Shown piece by piece: positions 1-9,413 of a DNA stretch of 64,000 bases. Position 1 is the stretch's first letter. Every line of letters starts with the position of its first letter. The position numbers and the translations under genes were made by a program. The notes beneath the pieces were generated by a model, which was not told the origin of the DNA, searched no databases, and was given only the letters and a program-made list of their open reading frames with translations. Origin of the DNA: Acidobacteriaceae bacterium (lineage in GTDB: Bacteria; Acidobacteriota; Terriglobia; Terriglobales; Acidobacteriaceae). Location of the stretch: positions 23,763 through 87,762 of the forward strand of contig PKXK01000075.1 of NCBI GenBank assembly GCA_003132325.1, read 5' to 3'.

Positions 1-381
1 ATTGGCGGACGCCCCACGCGCGTCCTCGGCGTGTGGCAAGGTTCAGCCGCTCAACAAGCTGCCGAACTTGTACCCAAAGCGATATCTGTAGTGGCAGCGT
101 TTCACAACGTCTCCGCGGATCTACTGAATGGTACTGGTGCACTCGATTGCGACGTAATCGTTTGCAGCGATGACGACAATGCTCGTAACCTTACCTTTGA
201 ACTCGTCTCGCAAATCTCCGGTCTCCGGGCGATCGATGGCGGCAAGTTGGAAAACGCGCGAATCGTGGAGCAGATCACCGCACTGCTGATCACTCTCAAC
301 ATCCGCTACAAAGTACACAGCGCTGGAATTCGAATAACGGGTCTCCCGCACCAGCAACCGGCGCCCGAGCGAGCACTATAG
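1..381 (+). CDS. npdG: F420H2:NADP+ oxidoreductase (Fno/NpdG), C-terminal part; gene begins upstream of the window
   Basis: Frame 1 is open from nt 1. The tail ..VVAAFHNVSADLL..CDVIVCSDDDNARNLTFELVSQISGLRAIDGGKLENARIVEQITALLITLN.. matches my recollection of the conserved C-terminal half of Fno/NpdG (..CGDDD.., ..GLRPLDAGPL..). Confidence 0.85.
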   Translation: MGGRPTRVLGVWQGSAAQQAAELVPKAISVVAAFHNVSADLLNGTGALDCDVIVCSDDDNARNLTFELVSQISGLRAIDGGKLENARIVEQITALLITLNIRYKVHSAGIRITGLPHQQPAPERAL

Positions 382-411
382 TTCCGACTTGCCTAGCGCT
401 GAAGCCACCCC

Positions 412-436
412 AAGACTCCTCCAATTGGGAGTCTTT
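412..436. terminator. Hairpin between convergent genes (possible terminator)
   Basis: AAGACTCC (412-419) pairs with GGAGTCTT (428-435) around an 8-nt loop, followed by a T. It lies between the npdG stop and the thiolase stop. The T-tract is weak. Confidence 0.3.
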
Positions 437-505
437 CCGCAGTTCCTGGTTCGCTTCGCTACTGTTGTCTTTGGAAGTGCGTCCGCGTGCTATCAACGGA
501 CCGAG

Positions 506-1675
506 CTAGGCTTCGCGCCCAAGAATCACAACGCAAGCGACCGCCCCCGGACCTCCAAGGTTGTGGGCGAGTCCGACTTTCGCATCCTTCACTTGCCGTG
601 CTCCTGCCCCTCCCCGCAACTGGGTTACGATCTCATAGATCATGCGGACACCCGTCGCACCAACCGGGTGTCCGAAGGATTTCAACCCACCGCTGGGATT
701 GACCGGCAGATCTCCTTGCAGGCTGCTGCGCCCTTCTTCGATGAACCTCGCGCCTTCGCCTTTCTTGCAGAAGCCTAGATCCTCATAGTTGCTGATCTCG
801 GTCCAGGTGAAACAGTCGTGGACTTCGGCGAAATCCACTTCCTTCAGGGGTTCGGCGATACCCGCAGCGACGTAGGCTTCCCGTGCGGCGGCCTCAGTGG
901 CAGGAAATCCGAGGTAGTCGCAAGTGGGATCGAGATAGGGCTTGCCCGACATGACCGCGAGGCCAATGCCGCGAACCACGATGAAATCCTTGCGAAACTG
1001 CTTGGCCAGGTCGGCACGGCAGAGAATGGCGGCAGCAGCGCCGTCCGTGGTAGGGCAGCAATCGAACAATCCGAAGGGATAGGCAATCATCGGGGCCTTG
1101 AGCACCTGTTCCTCGGTAATTTTCATCTGAAAATGCGCCTTGGGATTCAACGCTCCATTTGCGTGGTTCTTCACTGCGACTTTGGCGAGGGTGTCGCGCT
1201 GCATGCCGTAGGTGTGCATGTAGCGGTTGGCGGCTAGAGCGAAGATTCCGGGAGCCGTGGACCCGGCTTCAAAGTAAGGATGAATGCCTTCCCGCTGCAA
1301 CCCGCGCACCGGCCGGTCGCGCAGTTTTTCCGCGCCCACCACCATTACGATGTCGTATTGCCCCGCGGCAACGGCCGAAGCGGCATTGCGGAACGCATCC
1401 GTTCCGGTCGCGCAATAGTTCTCAACCCGGGTAATGGGACGGCCGCGGAATTTCAGCGCATCGGCCAGTGTAATCGTGGCTTTCCCTCCGCTGAAGCCGG
1501 GGGAGAAGGTGCCCAGCCACGCGGCTTTGACGTCATCCAGGCTCACGCCGGCATCTTTGCAGGCGCCGGTGGCGGCCTCGACCATCATCTCCTGCAGGCT
1601 CTGGTCAAAATTCTCCCCAAACTTGGTGCAGCCCACGCCAATGACGGCGACCTGGTTCGCTAAAGACTTGCTCAT
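506..1675 (-). CDS. Thiolase, SCP-x / DUF35-associated type, catalytic residues intact
   Basis: Start MSKSLANQVAVIGVGCTKFG follows RBS GAGGAGAGGGAA. Motifs NYCATGTDA, AEVHDCFTWTE and NPSGGLKSFGHPVGATG are present. ATGA overlap with the upstream gene. Confidence 0.9.
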   Translation of the reverse strand: MSKSLANQVAVIGVGCTKFGENFDQSLQEMMVEAATGACKDAGVSLDDVKAAWLGTFSPGFSGGKATITLADALKFRGRPITRVENYCATGTDAFRNAASAVAAGQYDIVMVVGAEKLRDRPVRGLQREGIHPYFEAGSTAPGIFALAANRYMHTYGMQRDTLAKVAVKNHANGALNPKAHFQMKITEEQVLKAPMIAYPFGLFDCCPTTDGAAAAILCRADLAKQFRKDFIVVRGIGLAVMSGKPYLDPTCDYLGFPATEAAAREAYVAAGIAEPLKEVDFAEVHDCFTWTEISNYEDLGFCKKGEGARFIEEGRSSLQGDLPVNPSGGLKSFGHPVGATGVRMIYEIVTQLRGGAGARQVKDAKVGLAHNLGGPGAVACVVILGREA

Positions 1676-3081
1676 TTCCCTCTCCTCGGGGTGCATTTCC
1701 AGTAATAGTGGTAGAGGCCGCCACCTTCCTTGAGTTTCCGCGGGGTTAATTCCACCGACATGCCGATCTTCACTTCCGACGGCGGAACATCCACCACCTC
1801 ACAATAGATGCGCCCGCCTCCGTCGAGGTCCACGACGGCCATCACCGTGGGTGGGAATGGGGATGGGTACAGCGTGTCTTCGGAAAATGTGTAGATTGTG
1901 CCGGTTCGCGCCAGGGCCACTTCTTCCAGCCCATCGCCCTTCTTACAGCCTACGCATACCTGCGCCACCGGAAACTGGCGCGTGCCGCAGTGGCGGCAGG
2001 CACTGCCGTGCAGACGCACGATCTGGGGCTCTTCCTTCGCATAGAAGATGTTGCTGATCTCCAGCCCCTGATCGGCCGAGCGGAAGAACTCTCTCGCACG
2101 ACGATACAGAGTGTAGGACTTGTAATCGACAGCGACAGCCTTCTGCACGCTGGAAGGGCTGTGCAGCTTGTAGGAATTGATGTAATTGGTGGCGCGAAAC
2201 AGCATTGCGTCTGCGCCGTTGCCATACCCTGCGACGAGCAGGAGATCGTCCGGCTTGGCCGACTCGAGAGCAATGCTCAACAGTACGAGGGGCATAGCGG
2301 TGCCGGTGATCCCGCCATCGTTGAACTGGATGTCCTGCAACTGCGCTTCGCTAAAGCCTAGCTTCTTCGCAAGCTGCTGCTGGGCCCGGCGATCGGGCGA
2401 GGGAACCACGAACTTGGCGATATCCTTGGCGCTTTTCCCCGCTTGCCCGAGCACATCTCCCACCACCTTGGCGATGGGAGCGATATAGCCGCGTTCGATC
2501 GAGAACTTGGAAGCAAAGGAGGTTACATGGACATCGCGATCGCGGCGAACCGCGTCGAAGAAGTCGTCGTAGGCCGTGGCGTCGGCGATCAATTCCGCGA
2601 TCACGTTTTGCGTACCGGCCGCGATCGCGGCTCCCCCATCCGAGTACAGCATCTCTTCGGCGGAGCCGGGTTCAGCTTCACGACAATCGCCGGCACAGAC
2701 GATGGTCGCGCTCGACCCGGAGTTGAGGCCCGTGAGGGCCAGCCGCAAGCCGCTGGTTCCGCCTCGCAGACTCGCGGCGAGATCGAGCGTCGAACATTTC
2801 TCCGGCAGATCACACAGCGCGGCGATCAGGCTCGCGTTGGAGCGCTCCAGGTATGGGCCCGTAGTAGAGGTGAAAAAGAGCCCGTCTACTTCTTCCGCTC
2901 CGCCAAGGCTACTCTGGCAGTCGAGCGCTGCGGCGGCGGCCAGCGTGAGCGCGTCTTCGTCGAAACGGCCCACCCGCTTGTGCCCGCCCGGGGAGGAAGA
3001 GGTCTGCCATGCGCGCGCAATCTCCTCACGCGCGATGCGGCAGGTAGGTATGCGTACAGCGTGTCCTACAATTCCCTTCAT
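1672..3081 (-). CDS. HMG-CoA-synthase/KAS-III-like domain fused to a C-terminal DUF35 (Zn-ribbon + OB-fold) domain
   Basis: Start MKGIVGHAVRIPTCRIAREEIARAW (HMGCS-type N-terminus) with RBS GGAAG. The C-terminus CRHCGTRQFPVAQVCVGC...VVDLDGGGRIYCEVVD is a typical DUF35. The longer ORF-track start at 3243 has no support. Confidence 0.8.
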   Translation of the reverse strand: MKGIVGHAVRIPTCRIAREEIARAWQTSSSPGGHKRVGRFDEDALTLAAAAALDCQSSLGGAEEVDGLFFTSTTGPYLERSNASLIAALCDLPEKCSTLDLAASLRGGTSGLRLALTGLNSGSSATIVCAGDCREAEPGSAEEMLYSDGGAAIAAGTQNVIAELIADATAYDDFFDAVRRDRDVHVTSFASKFSIERGYIAPIAKVVGDVLGQAGKSAKDIAKFVVPSPDRRAQQQLAKKLGFSEAQLQDIQFNDGGITGTAMPLVLLSIALESAKPDDLLLVAGYGNGADAMLFRATNYINSYKLHSPSSVQKAVAVDYKSYTLYRRAREFFRSADQGLEISNIFYAKEEPQIVRLHGSACRHCGTRQFPVAQVCVGCKKGDGLEEVALARTGTIYTFSEDTLYPSPFPPTVMAVVDLDGGGRIYCEVVDVPPSEVKIGMSVELTPRKLKEGGGLYHYYWKCTPRRGK

Positions 3082-3127
3082 TCGGTTCTTCCGTTCTGCT
3101 TCCAGATTGTTCCCGCTTGCGTGTACC

Positions 3128-4789
3128 TCACGGGATGAGCGACGCCAACAGGCCGCCCCGATCAATTTCGTTCCGCAGAAGCAGCAATTCTGCCTGGGTC
3201 GGGAGCACGGTTTCTGGGATATCGGCGGAAGTAACCAGCTCAAACCCGGTGTTCGCCTTGACCTGCTCCACGGTACATCCCGGATGGACGCTTTTCAGAC
3301 GCATACGCTTTGTCTCCGGGCAAAAATCCATTACGGCCAGGTTCGTAATGACCAGCACCGGGCCACGGTCATCGGGCGCTCCATCCTGCTGGCTCGAACT
3401 GGCTCCCGGTGCGTGCCCTCTGCCGGAAATAAAATCTACCTTATCCACGAACACCTGCCTGGTGTGGCTCCGAAAAAACGCAACCCATTGCGGAACACAG
3501 GGCGCGAATTCCAGGCCTACGGTCCCGGGCCCGCGGAATGCCGGTTTGTCATGCGGCCCCACGCAGACCAGGTTCACGTTGCCGTACTGGTCCATTTGCA
3601 TGCCGCTGACGAACATGATGTCGAAGGCTCCGCCCAGTTCCAGGTCGAACAGCTCTTCCAATCCAACGCGCGCCTCGCAATCAGTGAGGCCCTCATCTCC
3701 GTTGAGCGATGCTGGCAGATTCCGCAGACGAGGATTGAGCGCGCCGGCTCCGCCCATGGTGAAGCACAGGTTGGGCGCGTGCGTGAGTTGCGCCAGGCGC
3801 AGGCCGGCGAGCACTTCCCAGCAGCCGGTTCCCGCACCCGTGAACATGCCATCGCGAACCGAGCGGGAGAGTTCCGTCGCGATGATTTCTGCTTTCGACG
3901 CAGGATGAAGGTCGCGTTCGGCAGAAATAGAGCTTGCCAAGACCTTCGCAGCAGACTCGGCAGGAACCGGGTGCGGGCGAATCGCCTCTTGCAGATAGGC
4001 CTCAAGGTCGGCCGGATTGCGGCTTGCTTTCGCGTACCGTTTGATTTCCGCCCGGTCCACGTCATAGCAGCCAAAGCTGCCTGTCGGCCAGGCCGCGCCA
4101 CGGGACTCCACCACGGAGCGGACCAGCATGGCAGGAACGGTGGTGGCGCCAGAATGCTTGCGCAACTCTTCCGCTCCGACGACTTCCTCACAGCTCGCAA
4201 TCACCTGCCGGGAAGCGCGCACGAGCAGGGGATCCATGAATGCCGTGCCCTCGTGTTGCAGATTGCCGTACGCATCGGCGCGGCGGACATGCAGCAGCGT
4301 CCAATCGACCGGTATCGCCGGAACACAGAGCACATCCTTGCCGGTGAAGGGATCGGTTCCGCGTTGGTAGAGAGGGTTCACGCGAGCGCAGTCGGAGCCC
4401 GCCAGTGACCATGGCAATGCATAGAACGGAGCGCCACTCGAGGCTGCTTTCAGGCCAAAGGCGAGAAATGCCTCGCCGATTTCGACAACCTCGATCTGCT
4501 TTTTCTCCGCCGCCCGGCGAAAATTCGGGGCAAGCCCCAGCTCTTCGAATGCGACGTAAGAACTGACGATCTTGCGGACACATCCCGCCGCGATCAGCAG
4601 GTCCGCCTGGATTGAGGTGACCGCAGCCGTTACCAGCGTAAGATTTCGCGCTTTGCGCCGGATCAGTGCACGGACCAGTTCCATCGGAGCACCGTAATAG
4701 GAAAGCCCGCCAACGGCAACCGTGCTGCCATCGGGGATCCCGGCCACCGCTTCATCGGCGCTTGCGAGTTTGGATGTCCGTTGGACCAA
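3128..4789 (-). CDS. Family-I CoA-transferase, fused subunit A + subunit B (glutaconate-CoA-transferase-like)
   Basis: The N-terminal half (..GSTVAVGGLSYYGAPMELVRALIRR..LLHVRRADAYGNLQ) resembles the separate A subunits at 12106 and 42615. The C-terminal half (..MQMDQYGNVNLV..FVDKVDFISG..VMDFCPETKRMRLKSVHPG) resembles the B subunits at 11316 and 41800. Confidence 0.85.
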   Translation of the reverse strand: MVQRTSKLASADEAVAGIPDGSTVAVGGLSYYGAPMELVRALIRRKARNLTLVTAAVTSIQADLLIAAGCVRKIVSSYVAFEELGLAPNFRRAAEKKQIEVVEIGEAFLAFGLKAASSGAPFYALPWSLAGSDCARVNPLYQRGTDPFTGKDVLCVPAIPVDWTLLHVRRADAYGNLQHEGTAFMDPLLVRASRQVIASCEEVVGAEELRKHSGATTVPAMLVRSVVESRGAAWPTGSFGCYDVDRAEIKRYAKASRNPADLEAYLQEAIRPHPVPAESAAKVLASSISAERDLHPASKAEIIATELSRSVRDGMFTGAGTGCWEVLAGLRLAQLTHAPNLCFTMGGAGALNPRLRNLPASLNGDEGLTDCEARVGLEELFDLELGGAFDIMFVSGMQMDQYGNVNLVCVGPHDKPAFRGPGTVGLEFAPCVPQWVAFFRSHTRQVFVDKVDFISGRGHAPGASSSQQDGAPDDRGPVLVITNLAVMDFCPETKRMRLKSVHPGCTVEQVKANTGFELVTSADIPETVLPTQAELLLLRNEIDRGGLLASLIP

Positions 4790-4839
4790 GTCGTTGCGGG
4801 CCTTCCTGCACCCTCAGCCATCTACGAGCGCGCCGAGGT

Positions 4840-5526
4840 TCAAAGATTTGCGGCGGGCGGCAAGTTCATCTCCGGCACGGTTGCCGGCACCATCAATCTC
4901 GGTTCGGTCACAGCTTGCACGTCTTCCGCCGTCAATCCAGGAGCAACTTCCCGCAGCACCAAGCCTTTGGGCGTGACCTCCACCACGGCCATGTCGGTCA
5001 CGATGGTCGTTACGCACTCCAGCCCGGTGAGTGGGTAGGTGCAACGCTTCACGATCTTGGGTTCGTTGTCCTTGGTCGTGTGCTCCATGCAGATGATGAG
5101 GTGACGGGCGCCCGCGGCAATGTCCATGGCGCCGCCAATTCCTCCCGAACCCTTCGCTCCCGGAACCTTCCAGTTGGCGAGATCGCCGTTCTCGGAAACT
5201 TGCAGGCCACCCATCACGCAGAAATCCAGGTGCCCGCCGCGCGTCATCATGTGCGCGTCCGCCTGCGTGAAAAAACAGGCACCCGGAAGCAGCGTAACCG
5301 GAACCTTCATGGCGTCCACCTGGTCAGGGTCTTCTTCGCCCGGATTCGCACGCGGTCCCATGCCGAGAATTCCGTTCTCACTGTGAAAGTACACGGTGAT
5401 ATTCGGGGGAATGTAGGCGGCTATGAGGTTGGGAATTCCCCAGCCCAGATTGACACAAGCTCCGTCGGGCAACTCCTGTGCGGCCCGCTGCGCAATCTGT
5501 TCGCGAGTGAGACGTAATTTGGTCAT
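4840..5526 (-). CDS. scoB: 3-oxoacid CoA-transferase subunit B
   Basis: MTKLRLTREQIAQRAAQEL..VNLGWGIPN..SENG..GGAMD.. is a classic ScoB/AtoA pattern. ATGA overlap with scoA. Confidence 0.9.
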   Translation of the reverse strand: MTKLRLTREQIAQRAAQELPDGACVNLGWGIPNLIAAYIPPNITVYFHSENGILGMGPRANPGEEDPDQVDAMKVPVTLLPGACFFTQADAHMMTRGGHLDFCVMGGLQVSENGDLANWKVPGAKGSGGIGGAMDIAAGARHLIICMEHTTKDNEPKIVKRCTYPLTGLECVTTIVTDMAVVEVTPKGLVLREVAPGLTAEDVQAVTEPRLMVPATVPEMNLPPAANL

Positions 5527-6194
5527 GAGCGAAGTGTCTTTGCCTGCACGACGCGGTCCACGAACACGAACGGCGTGGCGATCGCTTCCGGATCGAGCAC
5601 GCCGGCCGGAACGATCTCGTCCACTTCGACGATGGTCGTGGCCGCCGCAGTCGCCATAATGGGATTGAAATTTCGGGCAGCCTTCCTGTAAACGAGGTTG
5701 CCCAGCGTATCGGCGCGGTGGGCTTTAACAAAAGCGTAGTCAGCGCCCAGCGCAGCTTCGAGCACACAACGTTTTCCGTTGAAAACGCGCTCTTCTTTTT
5801 GGGCGGCAATTTCGGTTCCGGCTCCGACGGGCGAAAAGAAAGCATAGATGCCGGCCCCTTGCGCGCGCATCCGCTCACAAAGAATTCCTTGCGGAACCAG
5901 CTCCAGCTCGACTTCCCCGGCCGCGAATTGGTCCTGAAAATAGTTCGACTTCGGTCCTGGAAACGATGCGATCACTCGCTTGACCTGTTTGCTCTTGAAA
6001 AGGATGCCGAGCTCGCCATCGCCCGTGCCGCAGTTATTGCTAATGGCCGTCAGGTTGCGCGTCCCCTTGCGCAGCAGTGCCTGAATCAAATTGTTTGGGA
6101 AGCCGGCGCCACCGAAACCACCGAACATAATGCTGGCGCCATCGGGGACATCGGCGATGGCGTCGTCCGCGGAGTTGTAGATTTTTTGTTTCAC
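5523..6194 (-). CDS. scoA: 3-oxoacid CoA-transferase subunit A
   Basis: GTG start at 6194 follows GGAGGAGAAGATTGCC. (V)KQKIYNSADDAIADVPDGASIMFGGFGGAGFPN is the ScoA/AtoD N-terminus. The ORF-track extension to 6311 overlaps the next gene. Confidence 0.9.
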   Translation of the reverse strand: MKQKIYNSADDAIADVPDGASIMFGGFGGAGFPNNLIQALLRKGTRNLTAISNNCGTGDGELGILFKSKQVKRVIASFPGPKSNYFQDQFAAGEVELELVPQGILCERMRAQGAGIYAFFSPVGAGTEIAAQKEERVFNGKRCVLEAALGADYAFVKAHRADTLGNLVYRKAARNFNPIMATAAATTIVEVDEIVPAGVLDPEAIATPFVFVDRVVQAKTLRS

Positions 6195-6219
6195 GGCAAT
6201 CTTCTCCTCCCGCGCGGCA

Positions 6220-6687
6220 TCAGATCTCGTCCTTGACCCACTTGCCGTCCTGAACTTTGTAACGCTGGGCCACTTCGATGAGCACACCGTGGGCTTTTCT
6301 CGGAGGCACAAACGTCCATTTCAACCAGGGGATGTGGTTGGGGCCGCTCAGTTCCTTGCTGGTCAGCGGAATGCCCGCCTTGTCGAGATCCTCCACCGTC
6401 TTAGCGATCTCGTCGGAAGTGAACGCGATGTGATGCACACGCTCGCCATATTTTTCGAGCAGCTTTAGATCGTTTGGGTTCTCGCTTTCGAAAAATTGCA
6501 GCGACGCGCCATTGGGGTTCACGAACGTCGCCCAGCGGAGCTTGTATCCTTGTTCGACGCCTTCATCCCAAACGATTTGCTTCGCCTGCTCGGGGTCCAA
6601 TACCTCGAGCATTTGCTGGTAGTCCTTGACCGCCTGGTCGAGGTTACGAACGAGAAATGACACATGATCAAATTTCAGTCTTGGCAT
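6220..6687 (-). CDS. VOC (glyoxalase/epimerase-fold) family protein
   Basis: MPRLKFDHVSFLVRNLDQAV...VHHIAFTSDEI...HGVLIEV shows the paired beta-alpha-beta-beta-beta metal-binding pattern of VOC/methylmalonyl-CoA-epimerase-like proteins. Confidence 0.75.
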   Translation of the reverse strand: MPRLKFDHVSFLVRNLDQAVKDYQQMLEVLDPEQAKQIVWDEGVEQGYKLRWATFVNPNGASLQFFESENPNDLKLLEKYGERVHHIAFTSDEIAKTVEDLDKAGIPLTSKELSGPNHIPWLKWTFVPPRKAHGVLIEVAQRYKVQDGKWVKDEI

Positions 6688-6721
6688 AATTCCTGCGATC
6701 TCATGGCAGGCTGTTTGGGGC

Positions 6722-7540
6722 TCAACCGACCACGTTAATGAATTCCACGCCTCCGTCAATCTGGATTACCTGGCCGGTGATGAAGTCGGAGGCCGGCGAA
6801 CTGAGAAACTCGATGGCGCCCGCCACATCGTCGGGCGTACCAATGCGGCCAAAGGGCATTTGCTTGACGATCTTTTCCCGCACTTCCACCGGAATGCCCA
6901 AGTCGGGATTTTTCTCCTCATCGCGAGCCGCAGTCAACCGCGTGTCGATGACTCCCGGAGCAACGGCATTGCAGTTGATCAGGTATTGCCCCCACTCCCG
7001 CGCTACGGCTTTGGTCAGTCCGAGGAGGGCGGCCTTTGCGGTCGCATAGTTCGCGTTTCCGACTGCCCCGTACATCCCCGCGATCGAAGACACATTTACG
7101 ATTTTCCGGTGCCCATGCTTTCCAGCTTGACGATCTTTCTTTCCGGCGTCACGCATGTAAGGGGCGGCCGCGCGGATGCAGTTGAACGCTCCCCGCACGA
7201 TCACGTCCATGACCATGTTGAATTGCTCATCGGTCATGCGATGAATCATGGCATCGCGCGTGATCCCGGCATTGTTGACCAGAATGTCCAAGCGGCCCCA
7301 CTTGGCTGCAGCCGCGTCCACCATCGCACTCGCGACCTTGGGATCGGCTACCGACCCGAGCACAGTGACAGCATCGCTGCCTGCCGCTTTGATTTCACGC
7401 TCCACTTCCGATGCTGGCACTGAATCGAGGTCGTTGATCACCACCCGGACACCGCTCTGCGCCAGCCGGAGCGCAGTGGCGCGACCGATGCCACGGCCCG
7501 AGCCGGTCACGATAGCGACTTTGCCTTCCAGCGGATTCAT
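6722..7540 (-). CDS. SDR-family oxidoreductase (FabG/3-hydroxyacyl-CoA dehydrogenase-like)
   Basis: TGSGRGIGRA, NNAG and the Y..ATKAA (YxxxK) motifs are present. Confidence 0.9.
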   Translation of the reverse strand: MNPLEGKVAIVTGSGRGIGRATALRLAQSGVRVVINDLDSVPASEVEREIKAAGSDAVTVLGSVADPKVASAMVDAAAAKWGRLDILVNNAGITRDAMIHRMTDEQFNMVMDVIVRGAFNCIRAAAPYMRDAGKKDRQAGKHGHRKIVNVSSIAGMYGAVGNANYATAKAALLGLTKAVAREWGQYLINCNAVAPGVIDTRLTAARDEEKNPDLGIPVEVREKIVKQMPFGRIGTPDDVAGAIEFLSSPASDFITGQVIQIDGGVEFINVVG

Positions 7541-7562
7541 TCGCGCGCTGCTCCTAATCGCC

Positions 7563-8765
7563 TCAGTAACTGCGTGGCAATCCCATCCGTTCGCCGATGA
7601 AGTTCAGGACCATCTCATCGCTGACCGGCCCTACCTTGTGCAGGCGGCAATCGCGCCAGTAGCGCTGCATATCGTACTCGCGGCTGTAGCCGTAGCCTCC
7701 GAAGACTTGCATGCCGGCGTCGGTTACCTCGCAGGCGAAGTTCGCCGCCACCAACTTCGCCATGTTCGCCTCGATCGCACAGTCGCGGCCGAGCGATTGC
7801 AGCCACGCCGCCTTATAGGTGATGAGCCGGGCCAATTCGACCTTCGTCCGCATCCAGGAAATCTTGTGCTGGATCGCCTGGAACTGCCCGATGGGCTTGC
7901 CGAACGCGCGCCGCTCTTTCGCATATTGCAGCGCATCTTCAAACGCTGCCTGAGCCTCGCCCAGGCACAGTGCGGCAGTCAGTATGCGCTCGTTGTTGAG
8001 CATCGCCAGCGTTTGATAGAACCCTTTGTCCTTCTCGCCGATCAGGTGATCTTTCGGCACCTTTACGTTGTCGTAGAAAACCTCGAACGACTGCGTGGCC
8101 CGAATACCGACCTTGTCGAGTTTTCGGAGGCGAATCCCGGGCGTGTCTGTCTTCACCAGGAATACCGAGATGCCATCCGCCTTCTTGACCACGTCCTCCT
8201 TGCTGCGCGCGACCACCACGAGGTAGTCGGCCACATTTGCGGAGGTGGTCCAAACCTTCTGCCCGTTGATCACCCAGTGATCGTCCTTCTCCACGGCCCG
8301 GGTCTTCATGGCCCCCAGCACATCGGTGCCACCGTCGGGCTCGGTCAGGGAGAAAGAAAACATGAGTTTCCCCTCCGCCAACAGAGGGAGGTACTTGCGC
8401 TTGAGCATCTCGCTGCCCGCAAATTGCAGCGTTTTCGCACCAAAACAACTCGACATGAAAAAGGTCAGCCCAATCGAACCGCTGCGGTGCGCCAGTTCCT
8501 CGGTGACGATGACCATATCCACGATGTCCCCGCCCACTCCGCCATACTCCTCAGCGATGGGAATCCCCAGATAGCCGCTTTCCGCCAGCGCCTTCCACAC
8601 CTTGTGCGGAAACTCTTCCTTCTCGTCCAACTCGCGGGCGTATTCCCGCGGAACTTCGCGCTCCACCAGCGCCCGCACATTCTGACGGAGAAATTCTTTT
8701 TCTTTCCCCAGTTCGAAATTGAGTCCCCCGACCTCTTCCGCTGCCTGCATCGCTTGATTGCTCAT
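7563..8765 (-). CDS. Acyl-CoA dehydrogenase
   Basis: Start MSNQAMQ follows RBS GGGAGAG. ..LTEPDGGTD.., ..FGGYGYSREYDMQRYWRD.. are the ACAD signature. Confidence 0.9.
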   Translation of the reverse strand: MSNQAMQAAEEVGGLNFELGKEKEFLRQNVRALVEREVPREYARELDEKEEFPHKVWKALAESGYLGIPIAEEYGGVGGDIVDMVIVTEELAHRSGSIGLTFFMSSCFGAKTLQFAGSEMLKRKYLPLLAEGKLMFSFSLTEPDGGTDVLGAMKTRAVEKDDHWVINGQKVWTTSANVADYLVVVARSKEDVVKKADGISVFLVKTDTPGIRLRKLDKVGIRATQSFEVFYDNVKVPKDHLIGEKDKGFYQTLAMLNNERILTAALCLGEAQAAFEDALQYAKERRAFGKPIGQFQAIQHKISWMRTKVELARLITYKAAWLQSLGRDCAIEANMAKLVAANFACEVTDAGMQVFGGYGYSREYDMQRYWRDCRLHKVGPVSDEMVLNFIGERMGLPRSY

Positions 8766-8779
8766 TGTTCTCTCCCTGC

Positions 8780-9382
8780 TCACCTTTCCCGTTTCACAAT
8801 TCCACCCTTGATCAAGGCAACGAATGTCTTCGTCACCACTTCCAGCTTCGGCGAATTTTCCTGGTGGTACCACCGGTAAATCCAGTTACACATTCCCAGC
8901 ATCGCGTTTACCAGGAGATCGGGGTCGCCGCTTATGAAGACACCGGAAGACTGACCGTTCTTGACGATCCCGGTAAAGATCTTCTGATATTCCTTTTGCG
9001 ACTCCTGGACCCGCTGTTTGCGCCGTCCGGAGAGCGAACCGAACTCGTGCAGAAACAACCCGACGCGCACCTGGTTGCGGATGATGTGTTCGATGTGCTG
9101 CTCAATTCCCTTCTCCAGGCGCTCCAACGGATCTTCCACGCCCTCAAGCGCCTTCTCGACTCCTTCCGTGCCTTGCTTGATCACGCCCAGAAGAAGGCCG
9201 TAAAGCAGGTCCTCCTTTGACTTGATGTAGTAATAGAGAGAACCCTTGAGCATGCCCACATCACGGGCCACATCTTCGATGGAAGTTGCGTGGTACCCTT
9301 TGGTGTAAAAAAACTTCGCCGCACTGTCCAGGATCTCGTCCATACGGACATTGGCTTTCGTAGACTCGTCGGCTCCGGCCAA
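8780..9382 (-). CDS. TetR-family transcriptional regulator (only regulator in the window)
   Basis: HTH ..YHATSIEDVARDVGMLKGSLYYYIKSKEDLL... Proposed TTG start at 9382 follows AAGGAGG; ATG at 9340 (MDEILD) is an alternative. The ORF-track start at 9454 overlaps the upstream gene. Confidence 0.85.
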   Translation of the reverse strand: MAGADESTKANVRMDEILDSAAKFFYTKGYHATSIEDVARDVGMLKGSLYYYIKSKEDLLYGLLLGVIKQGTEGVEKALEGVEDPLERLEKGIEQHIEHIIRNQVRVGLFLHEFGSLSGRRKQRVQESQKEYQKIFTGIVKNGQSSGVFISGDPDLLVNAMLGMCNWIYRWYHQENSPKLEVVTKTFVALIKGGIVKRER

Positions 9383-9413
9383 ATGAACCTCCTTATGGTT
9401 CCGCGCCCTAATT

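Noticed and set aside
2576-4408. 610-aa plus-strand ORF
   Set aside because: It lies antisense to two well-supported minus-strand genes (the HMGCS-like::DUF35 fusion and the fused CoA-transferase). It is Arg/Ala/Ser/Pro-rich with low complexity, typical of a shadow ORF in GC-rich DNA.
7248-8879. 543-aa plus-strand ORF (and similar long ORFs at 14269-15786, 16801-18363, 29602-30993, 42807-44129)
   Set aside because: All lie antisense to genes with strong family motifs. They have biased Arg/Pro/His composition and no RBS or family signature.
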